Source: Octopus bimaculoides (lineage: Eukaryota). Taken from it: a stretch of 64,000 bases of DNA. Position numbers and translations under genes: made by a program. The stretch spans positions 54,764,099 to 54,828,098 of the forward strand of contig NC_068997.1 in assembly GCF_001194135.2 (NCBI RefSeq). The letters run 5' to 3'. The notes below the pieces were generated by a model. That model had not been told where the DNA came from. It worked only from the letters and a program-made list of their open reading frames with translations, and did no database searches. Shown piece by piece: positions 1 through 11,831 of this stretch (position 1 is the stretch's first letter; each line of letters opens with the position of its first letter).

Positions 1-1
1 C

Positions 2-38
<37 letters not shown>

Positions 39-330
39 CACACACACACACACATATATATACATACATATATATATACACACATATATATATATATACA
101 TATATACATACATATATATATATATATATATACTACACATATATACATACACATATATATATATATATACAAATTATATATATATACATACATATATATA
201 TATATATATACATACACACATATATACATACATATATATATACATATATATATACACATATATACATACATATGTATATATATATATGAATATACACACA
301 CACACACACATATATATATAATATACATAC
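1..330. repeat. Compound (TA)n/(CA)n microsatellite
   Basis: Directly visible dinucleotide runs; the ORFs at 2..289 and 133..411 are translations of this repeat. Confidence 0.97.
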
Positions 331-1576
331 ATGAGTATACTGACTCAAACGCACGTCTGTAAGTGATAAGAGTAATAAAACAAAGGCTCCTCCTGACCAA
401 TTAGAATTCATATATTGATCAAGATTTTAATTAAACATTTTAAAAATTTTGTTGTATTTTCCTAAACAGTTTTAATTGTAAACTTTGGAAGAAAAAAAAA
501 AGACAGAGAACAAATATTGATTTTTCTTCCTCCCACTAAATCAATTAAAATTTGATATACAGGTCAACCAAGTTTGGTGTTACACCTTAAGAATATGTGA
601 CTACATAAACCAAACTTAGTCATTTTGTACAGCAATTTTAGATTACAGTTGTTCTAAATTATTCTGCCATTCTTGCAGCTTGTGATGAAGAAAAAAAAAA
701 GCCGTTCTTATAGAATTTAGAAATGGATTATAGATAAAGTGTGCAAGATAGGAATTTGTTTATTTTTTACATTCATTTGTATTTCTTTTCAAAATTTTTT
801 TGATGTAATTATAAATTACAATTGATATAGTATTTGTAAAACTCAGTTACAGCTAATCTAAATTTAATCAGGAAAAATGAAAACAGTTTAAGAAAATCAA
901 ACTGAAAAACAAAATGAAAAGCAGGAAAAACAAACAGGTGTTGTAGAAAATTCTAGAAACTGTTTATACTATATTAAGGATAGGTCAGGGATAGTATTAA
1001 TGTCTTGAGTTTTAACATTAGTTGATGAAAGTATCTCAAAATGATAGATGGAAGATACATATATAATTGTCAAAATTAACAATTTAAATATCTAAACGTT
1101 GGAAAGAAATTTGTTTATGAAATAGCATAAGAACTTTGAATATATATACATACTTACACAATGATATTTATGTGCAGATGTGTGTGTGAGAATGTGTGCA
1201 TGCATGCGTAGATGTGTGTGTATTTGATTGTGTGTATATATAATATCATTTACTATACACAGTTTTTAAATATGATCTACTAATAGTTTCATGCTGTGGA
1301 AACAATAATTAAGCAGATTTATATAACATGCCTTGTATCTCCAAGCAATTCTTCAATTCCAATACACATGGTTTGTCCTATTTTAAAAACAGGACACTGG
1401 TCTATTAAAAAGACAAGAAGGAAGTTAACGCAAAAAGTGGAACAAGGAAACAAAATGTGAATGTAAACGAAAAGAAAAAGGAAGGAAAGAAAGCCAAGAG
1501 TTGCATCCTTTTATCTATTGAAATGACAATCATGTATAGCTGGTGTAGAATAATTTAATGAGGAGGCGATAACTGC

Positions 1577-1682
1577 TCAATGTGGAGAGGGTGATGTCTT
1601 CCAGTTCAACAAGAGAAATGTGTCCATATGCTTACAGTTGGTAAAACTTTTGAACTGGAGGACACTACCCTCTCCAGATTGA
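1577..1682. repeat. Inverted repeat, 33-bp arms with 40-nt loop
   Basis: Arm 1577-1609 TCAATGTGGAGAGGGTGATGTCTTCCAGTTCAA versus the reverse complement of 1650-1682 TCAATCTGGAGAGGGTAGTGTCCTCCAGTTCAA: 29/33 identical. Confidence 0.92.
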
Positions 1683-2334
1683 ACTTTGCAGACTTTGGCC
1701 TCTTCTATACCAACTAATAATGATTTTAATGGACAAAGTGGTGGTGCAATTCTTAGTTATCTTGCCTTTTCTTTATTTTTCTATTTTTATTCAACTGTTG
1801 TTTTCTTGTTCCACTTTTCACATCAACCTTCTTTTTGTCCTTATGTTTTCTTATCGAGCAGTGTCCTGTTTTTCAAATGGGACCAACCATGTTTACTGAG
1901 CCTAAAGGATTGCTTGGAGACACAAGACAGTTTATGTAAATTTGTGGAATTATTTGTGTTTCCACACCATTAAACTATTAGTAGGCTGTATTTAGAAACT
2001 GTGTATATTAAGTGATATTTATCTCTTTCTAGAATTAACAAACTCTGAATATAGGAAGAGTTTTAGGTAGTGATACCTTACATTTTGCTACCTCAGAGTA
2101 GGAACCTTTTAAAGACAAGAACAAAGAAAACTCATTTTTTATGGGCTGTATTTTAGCTAGATTTGTTGTGAAATTTTGAATTTAAGAAAGAGTTAAAACA
2201 TTTTAAATCAATGTTGAAAATGAGTTTCCTAAGAATTTCTGCCCCGTTATATAAATTCCTTTTAAACTGTTGAAAAATGAAGTGATACAATTGGAGCAGT
2301 AAAATAAAGATTAAACTTTTTTGTTACATTCATC

Positions 2335-2505
2335 AAAAACAGAAAAGACTGCATTGGTATGGGTATGTAATATGAATGGATAAATGCAACCTTATAAAGA
2401 AATGCCAATTGCTTAATGTGGTCGGAACCTGTGCGATAGGGAGATCCAGAAAAATGTAGGGCAAAGTAGTGAAGGTTGATGTTCAAATGATGAGTCTGAA
2501 TCAAG
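2335..2505 (+). mobile_element. Degraded RTE-clade LINE, C-terminal ORF fragment
   Basis: Translates as EKRLHWYGYVI*MDKCNLIKKCQLLNVVGTCAIGRSRKM, matching the RTE RLRWYGHV..MD...KKC..L.V.G...RGRPRK motif. Confidence 0.75.
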
Positions 2506-3949
2506 ATAGTGATATTAGTTAATGAAGAAGATTAATTACATGATGAAATTTGATGAGCATGGTGAAATAAATAAGTAATCTCATTTCTCAGCATTTAGAT
2601 AAGTATTAAGTACACTAGCAACATGAACAAGGAAAGCAGATATAGATTTAGAAGTCAGCTTCTGAAGTATATTTACTCGAAAAGTAAATTGTCACAACAA
2701 TGTATAAAAGCTGATGATTCATATAAAGACAGCTTTGCTGATATCAAAGTTCGATATATCAAAAAAATAAGTCTTCAATAATTGTAATAGGAAGACAATG
2801 TAATGTAACAATTGAAATGAAAACTACAGTGAAATGCCACAATTCTGGTAATTGGTATAGAAAATTTTGCAATGATGTCTGTTACTATAGAAGGTTAAAA
2901 AAGCAAACAAACGAAAACCTTACATATATAATGGAACTGTAGTGTTACTAATCCGAACAACTATAAATGGAAGTTGAGTTTATTGTGGGGCGCAGGCACA
3001 GAATAGTAATACTAATTACATGTATTATGATAAAAGAAAAACTAATTTTGATATAAGTAATGTTAAAAGTTATAATAAGAACTAGTATCACTGGTGACCA
3101 TGATATTGTTGAGTAGAGTAATAGAGGGAGAATTATGTAGATCTGATCCTCAATAGACATTAATTAAGAAATTACTTTTATTTTTATTTTTTGGTTTTGG
3201 TATAGAACTACATCAATTATCAGATAAGATGTTTTGTTTTATTCTCCATCTCTTGCTGAATTCAGACCATTTATTGATTGATTATTGATCTTTTTTTATA
3301 TTTCCAATTAGAGTGAATAACCTTCAGCTTTCTACTTGCCAGTTGGTTGGTAGTAATTCTACAGAAGGATTAGATTGCTGTTTTACACAAGTAACAATTG
3401 ATGTAATTAGCAAAACAAATAGGCAAGTTATCAATGAGTTTTATCAAGGACAAATGCAAAAAGAAAATGTGTTAAATGTTCCTAGACTAATCCTTCAACC
3501 ATAATTCCAATATCAAAAGAAATGGTATGCTGATGATGCCACCCAATTCACTCAGTACAAAAGTATTTTCTTCAGATTTCCAGTTACATAATATGAGAAG
3601 ATTTATAGCAGTTGAACTCTTATTTCAGACATGATCAAAGAACAGCTAAGATCTCATATTAATTAAATAGCTGAGACATGCCCTTTTTCCTGTCTCTTTT
3701 TTATTTGTTTGTAAGCCCCTTCACTCTGATCTGTGGTTCCATCTCTCTCCAGGTCTTCAGGCTGATGCTTAGGTTAGTTTATAAAACTCATAACTCATAC
3801 AACATAATGTCAAATTTCTTTAAATAGTCTAACAAAGAATTTCATAGATCTATTTAAGTGGCAATGTATCCAGTTAATTCTAAAAAATATGTTTCTTGGT
3901 CAGTAAACAATTTTCTTTATCTCTCTTTTTTTTTTTTTTTTTCATTCAT

Positions 3950-4180
3950 ACATTTGTTTTCCGATGCTTGTAGGGCTTTGGTGACAAGTGATTTTGAAGC
4001 TGGATGCTTTTCCCATCACTGATACTCATCTGTTTCTTCAGTAAGAGATTTTGATATTTTACAGGTGTTCAAAAGCACTGAATGACCAACCATAATGCCA
4101 GTGTCAGCACTGTTTTTACTCAGTCACGTGCAAAATATCAACATTTACAAACATTTGAACATGCATGCCCACACACACAA
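3950..4180 (-). mobile_element. 3' part of SINE with RTE-type tail, degraded
   Basis: Contains GCTGGATGCTTTTCC, the reverse complement of the GGAAGGGCATCCAGC-type tail motif seen at about 57238-57252, and a body similar to 10000-10230. Confidence 0.55.
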
Positions 4181-5413
4181 ATGTATGCACATAGTTATGC
4201 CTAAATTCTTCCAAAATAGTAGTTACTTCCTGGTGAGAAATGTAGCAGATAATTTTCTAAATAAAAATGTGTGAAAAACTTTCTCAAACCCTCAATCAAA
4301 ATATCAGTAACCTTCTCTTCATAAACCATGTGTAAGGTTATTTTTGCATTTTTATTTAATAACTTGTATTTCTAATAACAGTGTTTTCACTCATGTCACC
4401 TATGCCTTATGGATTTACTCTTCTAAATATTTTTCATTGATGTAATAATGGATGTAATTAGATTATCGAAATTTATTAAATGAGTGTAAACTATTTTGCA
4501 TGTACCATTAAGCAAAAGTAATATTCTTGCCTTGACATAACCAAAACCACTGATAGCCTCTGGTGATAAACCTTTGAGCTAAGTTCCCCACTTCTTGGTA
4601 TTAACTCTTGGAAAGGAAATTCCTGTCAGACTGTTCCATTGCACTGACGTGACAACCTCTGATACACATTCCATAAAATCTGACGTACTTCAAATTTTAG
4701 TCATATCCCCAGTCTCCCCACTGTCTGTAACTACTGGTCTTTTTGCTGCTATTTCTAACTAATAAAATGCACACATTTGTGCTAGCTTCTTTAATATTCC
4801 ATTCACAGTCATTATTCCTCAGATGTCTTAAAGACCTCTCACCATATAATACTCTGCTTTCTTTACCTCTGAAGTAGAAAGCTAAATATACTCTATGACC
4901 CAGGCTACTATACCTATTGCCTCTCCTCCACTCATAATCCATACCACCTCACCCATCACAATATTATTAATCCCTTTTCTAAATTCTAAGTCAGCATCAC
5001 AGATATCTAGCATTTCCTTCTTATCAATGAAGCCTATACAACCCCAAGTTAGCCATTAGTCTTATCACCATGGCAAAGCCAACAATTTCATGGGTACTGT
5101 CCCTCTTCTTTCAGTTAATTAATGAAAAACAAAGTGTTAAACATTTTAATTCATTAAATTATTGATAATCCCAGGCAATTACAAGCCAATTAGTCTACTT
5201 ATTACTGCTTATTTTAGCATTTTATACATTTTCTAATTAAAATCAATGGAATATTACCATGTTCAAAGAAAATTAGTCAAGTGATAAAAATTTGAAACAT
5301 TTCCTGTATATTCCACTATAGCATGCAATGTATGAGTCACACCTAGCCTCACAGCTTTGGTAAGTTCTATGAAGAGCAATAGATTTTAACTTGAACTGAA
5401 AACTATGTTTTGT

Positions 5414-5537
5414 TAGTAAAGTTTATTTGCCAACAGAATGTGGCAGTCCTATAAAGGACAGTGCCACTGTTGTTTAAGCCCCAGTAACATTGTCCTTTAC
5501 AGGACCACCACATTATGCTGGCAAATAAACTTTACTA
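5414..5537. repeat. Fold-back element: 56-bp inverted arms, 12-nt loop (MITE-like palindrome)
   Basis: 5414-5469 pairs with 5482-5537 with 8 mismatches. The outer 19 bp (TAGTAAAGTTTATTTGCCA / TGGCAAATAAACTTTACTA) are perfect. The loop is TTGTTTAAGCCC. Confidence 0.93.
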
Positions 5538-5849
5538 TTTGGTACTGTTACTCTATATCTCTCGCTGAGAGATTTAAAACAACTTATATTTTGTTAATTT
5601 GAAGTAAACTTGAAATTAAAAAGGAAAGGTGATGGTTAGAAGTCTTTAATCAAAATTCTACCATAAAATGAAACAGTTGCAGTTCAAAATAATATCAAGT
5701 TAGAGTTAGTAGTTAAATGAGGGTGTATTTTTTAATGTATGTTAGAATTTAAAATAGGAATCAGTGATACTAACATATATTCAATGTGAAACATAAGATT
5801 AGGAATTACTCAAAAGCCATTTAATCATTAAGCAATGTAGATAAGTACT

Positions 5850-6105
5850 AGGTGAGTGCTGTGGTCAATGTGCTTGACTCTATCCCTCCCCACAAAATCC
5901 AGGCCTTGTGCCTATAGTAGAAAAGATTGTTATTATTATAATTATTATTATTGTTATTATTATTATTATTATAATTATATGCCAAGGTCAACTTTGCCTT
6001 TCATCCTTTCGGGTTTTTTAAAAATAAATACCAGTTAAGCGCTGGGGTTGATGCCATTGACTTACACCTCACACAAAATTACTGGCCTTGACCAAAATGT
6101 GGGGC

Positions 6106-6135
<30 letters not shown>
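5850..6135 (+). mobile_element. Two tandem 3' halves of tRNA-derived SINE family 2 with (TTA)n tails
   Basis: GCCAAGGTCAACTTTGCCTTTCATCCTTTCGGG...TACCAGTT...CTGGGGTTGAT core shared with 19220-19300; each piece is followed by a (TTA)n run. Confidence 0.75.
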
Positions 6136-6142
<7 letters not shown>

Positions 6143-6144
6143 TG

Positions 6145-6330
6145 TAATTTAGGCACAAACCAGTAATTCTGAGGGTAGGTGTTAGTTACTTCTATTCCAC
6201 TGACCCAGTATTTCACTGGTACTTTATTTATCAGCTTCTACAGGATTAAGGACAAAGTTGATCATAGCGGGATTTCAACTTATATACCACAAGGTATTTT
6301 GCTTGATATGCTAATAATTCTCTGACTCCT
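6145..6330 (-). mobile_element. tRNA-derived SINE family 2, degraded
   Basis: The reverse complement gives GATCAACTTTGTCCTTAATCC...AAATAAAGTACCAGTGAAATACTGGGTC, homologous to the + copy at 5975-6050. Confidence 0.7.
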
Positions 6331-7239
6331 CTTTCTTAAGAAATGTCTAACTAATAAACATTTCTAACCTGAAATGCTGCTAATTGCATGGATCTGGTTC
6401 ATTTCCATAGTGTCACTTTCTCCTTTGTTCTTCCTTCTCTCCAACTTCAACCTTCTACTCTTAAAACTTCATATTAACCAACGACTTTTACATCTTGCTG
6501 TTTATACTCATCATTACATATATCAGTTTCTAATTTAAGCACACAGCCAGCAATGTTGAAACACAGAGCTACACAATACCATCAGCACGCTGTAATTAAC
6601 TCATACTTATTTCACCTAACCCCCTTCTGGCAAGGATAACATATGATAGAAACATCAATTTATGTTTTATCTCTGTGATTTAAACATTGGAAATTGTAGA
6701 ATGATATTAAAAATACCGTAAATTTATTTTCAAAAGAAAAAATTTGAACTATCAAGCAACAATATCTATTTTGGTGAAATGTGTGTATTCCTAGTAGTGT
6801 TGTTTGCTGTATGGTTAGTTTAAATATATATTAGTATTGTAGTATTTTGGTGGTTAGTTATAGCGATGGGTACTGTGTTACATGGTAAACCTACACCTCT
6901 CTATAAGCATTACTAAAAAACAAATAAGCATTGACACTTTAAGCTATTTCTGTCCATAATTTGGCTTCTACATGATTAAATCTTTGTTTCTGAGTGTGTA
7001 TTATTGGATTTGAAAACAAATTATGACCAGATTATATCATGATATAGCAAGAACAGAATTATTATAAAGAAAATCACTCACTTTTCACTCCTTATTTTTG
7101 GCAGTTTCCCATTATTCTGCCATCTAGCCAGCACGTGGAATGTGCAATGCTATCTTGGAAAAACTGCCACAATATTTCATAACAGGAGACAGAAAAAATT
7201 AGTTTCCTATTATGATCCATGATTATATTATTGAGTTCA

Positions 7240-7276
<37 letters not shown>

Positions 7277-7684
7277 TACATATAGTGCGTGTGTGTCTGA
7301 GTGTAGCCATCACTGAGCACAAGCAGACTATATACACCTCTGATTGAATATAAGACAACTAATATAGATGTAACACTGATTGGATTACATTTATACAAAT
7401 GTATGTCTTGTATAGCTACATGACTGTGTTAAGTGTATATCAATGTCGGCCTCATACAATTGAGGTGGCATAAAATGTATATTGCTATATCTTGTATAGT
7501 TATAGGATTGAATTACATCTATATCAATATCAATGTTACAAAACAACATGTTTGAGTTGAATGTATGTTTGTATGCAGATATCCAATTGGTTGAGCTTTT
7601 AGAGTGTCAAAGAGATTGTTTTGCTGTTGAAATCCTGCCAAACTCAACTTTGACTTTCTTCCTTTCAGACATAAAGTACGGGGA

Positions 7685-7790
7685 TCACCTTTTCTCCTTC
7701 TGTAGCTCTTTCTTTCTCTTTGTCTCTTCCTTTTCTTTTGGAAAAAAACAGTCTGTGGTCTTGTCTGGAAAAGGACAGGTTCTGCGAGGA
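7685..7790 (-). CDS. Candidate terminal coding exon of TSR-domain protein: (S)PRRTCPFPDKTTDCFFPKEKEETKRKKELQKEKR*
   Basis: Acceptor TTTGTCTTGAGTATTTTTAG at 7791. The phase-2 frame is open to a TGA at 7685-7687 and is in phase with exon 8234-8309. It supplies RxC and a sixth Cys plus a basic tail. A weak donor (AG|GTGATC at 7688) could make it internal instead. Confidence 0.5.
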
Positions 7791-7999
7791 CTAAAAATAC
7801 TCAAGACAAAGCCATATGCTAAGATATGACTCTGTCAAATAGTTAAGGACTCATGGTAGGGCATATATTCATATGAAATTTATATTAATATACCTTATAT
7901 AGCTCCATGATTGTGCCAAACTGTGGCTTTTATAGCTAAGCGGGTGTGGCATCATTGTTATATATAACTACATGGTTGAGTTAGCATGTATCTTATAGA

Positions 8000-8140
8000 G
8001 CTACATAGTTGGTTGGTTAAGATGTTTGCTTTTCAATCATAAGTTTCTTGATTTGAGCTCACCATATGGTACTTTGGAAAAGTGTTTTTACTAGCATAGT
8101 GTCAGATTGAGTCATTTGGTTGTGAAAACAGTGAAGAAGG
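8000..8140 (+). mobile_element. Degraded head of tRNA-derived SINE family 1
   Basis: TGGTTAAGATGTTTGCTTTTCAATCATAAGTTTC...GGTACTTTGGAAAAGTGTTTT resembles the family-1 head at 14635-14790 and 55661-55820. Confidence 0.5.
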
Positions 8141-8233
8141 ACCCTGGGGGAACTGTAGCTGTGATTCAAAGACTCAGCTTCTCACCCAGTGTCACATAGA
8201 GTTTGCCTAAAGATCACATCTAAAGAAACATAC

Positions 8234-8309
8234 CTGAGGGTGTACAATGGGTACTCAAGGTCTTCAGATACAGCACAATATGTAAAGAGAGTCCTGTGGA
8301 TTGGACCAA
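8234..8309 (-). CDS. Candidate internal coding exon: (V)GPIHRTLFTYCAVSEDLEYPLYTL(S)
   Basis: Acceptor ...GAATATTTCAG, donor CAG|GTATGT, 76 nt open frame, phase 1 to 2. It is in phase with exon 29650-29756 and provides the fourth Cys and the Pro expected in the second half of a TSR. Confidence 0.6.
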
Positions 8310-9994
8310 CTGAAATATTCATTCGTTGAAATCAAAATGACTATCCATTCATGCAGTATAAGTCCCTATTAAATATTAGCAATAACTAAACTAAACATTG
8401 GCTATTTAGTTCAATTATTCATGTTTTGTGTTAATATCACCCATCGTTTTTGGATATATGAATACCAGTAATATATACAGCTTGATTTAATTGGCAATGC
8501 ATTCCTCTACAGAGTAATCTTCCGTTTCATCAAAAGAAATCAATAGCAGTGATGTTTCTACAAGTGGAACAAAACAAATTGCACGATTCTGAAATATCAA
8601 ATATATCCGAGTGTGTAAATACCCTATATAAATTGTACAGGCAAAGTTGTTATGCAAAAATTAAACATCCATAATTTCATAAATTCATAAGATGAATCGG
8701 AATATAAAACTATTTAGCATGAATAACTACCGAATCTATAATTAACTTTTGTTGTGCTACACACATTTATTGATTTTGAATTGATAAGAATGAGTTGCAT
8801 TTCAATAATTTCGTTTTACTCAGAAATACAGCTACTCAGTAATTATTTCCTGGTAAAATGTTTACAATAATGGCACTATTAGTTCTTATTAAGTAATTCA
8901 ATGTCCTTTGATATCATTCAACAGACTGTTTTGGTACAAATGTGGAGCAAGTTCCTTCTGGTCAGAGAAGCTTGCAGAATTTATGATACACACACGCATG
9001 CACACACACATACACACACATGTATGTAAGTGTTCTTTTATATTTTGCTAGAAATGGTTTTATTTTATTGAAGAAAGCATTTCGGTGTATGCACATTCAA
9101 ATATAATTTTAATCATTATAATAATTCACATAAATTAGTTTGAGCACATTGCCTTAAACAAATACAGTGTCAAAGAGTAAAGCGTATGTATATTTATAAG
9201 CGCATATACATAATTTACATGCATATATTTATATGCAAATGCAATAATGTTTGTGTGTGTGTGTGTAAGTGTGTATATGTGTGTGTGTATACTCACACAC
9301 ACAAACATGTGTATATGCATGCATTTATAAATATTCATAAGAGTTATTACCAGGAAAACTATTTTAACTTCTAGTGGTATATTTGGATGCTGTACAGTAT
9401 AGTGCAAGATCAAAATGAAGAAATGAATCGAAATATATTATTTTCTTTCCTCTCTTCCATGCTGTGTTATGAGTGCATTCCAGCCAATGTTTATCTCATA
9501 AGTCTATACATGCAGAGACACCTTCATAGCTTCCACCGGTTTATGTCTTTAACACTCAATCATATTTTAAACACTTTTGCATTCGCATTTTCATTTGAAT
9601 AAATGTTGCACATCAAACAAGACACAACCCATTCTTCTCCAGCATCTGTAAGATCCTCCTTCGTACTCAGCACATAGACCTCATTGCTATTCATTGTCAC
9701 ACATTCAGAATATTCCAAAGAAAACTGTTCTTGAAAGTTGAAACACGCATAAAAACACAAATGTTTTTCATGAAGAATTAAGGGAAATGTTCCAAATATG
9801 GAAATTGTGCTTTGAATGAAAAAAGCCTAAAAGTTTTAGCTAACAAGAAATAATACAGAACTTTTACTATCTTTTGAGAAGTGGCTGTGGTGAATATGCT
9901 GAAGATGGAAACTGTGGGTACATAAAATAGGAAGTAACAATCAGGTTGGCTGAGAATAAGGACTTCATATGTTGCAAGTGAATATGAGGAGTTA

Positions 9995-10412
9995 TTATCA
10001 TCATTGTTTCATGTTCACTTTTCCACTCTTGTTTCGGCTAGATGGAATCCATTGAAGCAGATTTTCTTTGGCTGGATGGTCTTCGAGTTGCTGAGTCTTA
10101 TCTGTTTTCAAGCAAAGTAATATTTCCCAATGGCCAGACATGATTTTCATGAAAGACTGGAAATGAACTACACTTGTATGATGGTAATGTTTCTTTAGAA
10201 TCAGCACATGAGGTCAAGACAAAGACACACACACACACATGATGGGCTTCATTCAGTTTCCATCTTACCAAATTTACAAATATGATTTTGGCTGGCCCAG
10301 AGCTATAGTAGATAGTGGACACTTGCCCAAGGTGGTGTGCAGTGGGACTGAACTGAAGACTACATGAATGGGAAGCAAACCTCAAATCCACACAGCCACA
10401 TCTGTTCCTATT
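9995..10412 (-). mobile_element. Near full-length tRNA-derived SINE family 1 (head, (TG)n, second domain, RTE-type tail)
   Basis: On the minus strand: GATGTGGCTGTGTGG...TTCAGTCCCACTGCACACCACCTTGGGCAAGTGTCC head, internal (TG)n, then CATCCAGCC tail motif and GATGAT end. Confidence 0.8.
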
Positions 10413-10454
10413 AGTGCAATGAAATTCTATCAACTGACTGAAAGCCCACCTCCA

Positions 10455-10850
10455 CAAGAAATCGTTGACTCTTCTGTTACCTAGCTGACATAATTAGCAA
10501 TGAAGGTGGATTTTAAAGATGTGTAGACGACACTGTCAGTACAGGCTAGAAGGTCAGGGAGTTATAACTTCCCCTGACGGCAAAGTGTTTCTCTCTGTGG
10601 GTGAAGATAAGATTGTAAAGATGGGGATGAATGAACTGCAAGGTTGCATGGTAGTGCAAAATGGCCGTTGGATATGTAGGATGTGTGACGGCAGCAAAGG
10701 AGCTCTTCTGGATGTGTAAGGGTTAGCTTGCATGGAATGTGCTAAGGAAAACACTGGGTACAGGAAGAATCGGAAGAAAAAAGAACTCCACTGGTATGCA
10801 CGTATGATGTCTATGATGGATGAGAGCTGGAAGAAGTACTAAGCAATACA
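10455..10850 (+). mobile_element. Degraded RTE-clade LINE ORF fragment
   Basis: With frameshifts it reads VDS(F)CYLADIISNEGG...EL*LPLTAKCFSLWVKIRL*...LHGSAKW...ELHWYARMMSMMDESWKKY, collinear with the RTE post-RT region (VDSFCYLGD...ELLPLL...SLRVKGRLY...LHGSETW...RLRWYGHVMRMDE). Confidence 0.8.
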
Positions 10851-10859
10851 GGTCTAAGG

Positions 10860-10940
10860 AACCGGTGAAATTCAAGTAATCTGAGGATTACTAAGCATTT
10901 CGCCTGGTGCGCTAACGATTCTGCCAGCTCACTGCCTTAA
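10860..10940 (-). mobile_element. 5' head of tRNA-derived SINE family 2
   Basis: The reverse complement reads AAGGCAGTGAGCTGGCAGAATCGTTAGCGCACCAGGCGAAATGCTTAG, with an A-box-like TGGCAGAATCGTT. Confidence 0.75.
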
Positions 10941-11753
10941 ATGATAATAATAATAATGATTATGGTAAATAGTGGTAATGATGTCAATAATAGTGGGAAA
11001 CAAATGTTAAGAACTTTGAGAAAAAATTCTTCTTCTCAGAAACATCTTTTACAAATAATTTCAAACCAAAAGTTATTATGGAAAAAAACTCCACCAAAAC
11101 AGCTCTTTAAAAAATCACATTCTTGAAGAGTGTTTCTTTTTTTTTTTAACAAAAAATACTTTGTAAAACATCAGAAATAAATGATAAAAAAATTTGGAAA
11201 AAATCAATAAGACTATTTTTTTTAGATAGAGAATTTGTGCTGGAAAATAGTGGTAATATAAAAGTGCAAGGGTTTTATAGACTTGGAAAGTGGGGTAAAG
11301 GTGGGGGTGGATGTAATGATGCAATAATGAGACTAAATTGGAGATATTCTGATTATAATGAATAAAACAGTAATGATGAATGCAATAGCTCATATAAAAT
11401 AATATTGGTGCTGACAGTAAAAGGTGATTAAGAGGCTGAACATGTAAAGGTTAAAAAGGGAGGGGGTGCCTATTCCAGATATGTAGATATGTGTATGTAC
11501 ACACACACACAGTGAATGCTCTTATGGTTCAGGGGACCATCTTAGAGAGGTGGGATTAAAGAAATGTTAAGATTAAGATAGATGTAGAAAGAATTAAGCA
11601 AATTAGGGATTCTAATGATCTCTGGATATTTTGTCTTGTTTTATGTATGGAATGCTGGAGAATATTGGGAGGTTGGCAGCCTGGTTTTAAAAATTATTTT
11701 GACCTCCTGTGTGTGAGTGAATGTGTATATAAGAAGTAAAACTCAATATCTCA

Positions 11754-11831
<78 letters not shown>

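Noticed and set aside
2932-2968. 37-nt minus-strand exon candidate (VRISNTTVPLY) with TAG acceptor and GTAAGG donor
   Set aside because: It has a stop in the phase needed to follow the other exons, and no homology is recognisable.
3313-3504. Plus-strand acceptor plus open frame VNNLQLSTCQLVGSNSTEGLDCCFTQ
   Set aside because: No recognisable domain, a weak donor and no partner plus-strand exons.
4540-5100. Possible L1/Tx1-type RT remnant on the minus strand (FMECVSEVVTSVQWN)
   Set aside because: Only one short motif resembles RT and the QG..LSP region cannot be recovered convincingly.
10519-10625. WD40/DCAF13-like peptide ITSPDGKVFLSVGEDKIVK in the ORF track, suggesting a processed pseudogene
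   Set aside because: The same nucleotides in another frame align collinearly with the RTE LINE (EL*LPLTAKCFSLWVKIRL versus ELLPLL..KGLSLRVKGRL), with RTE sequence on both sides; the WD40 look is coincidental.
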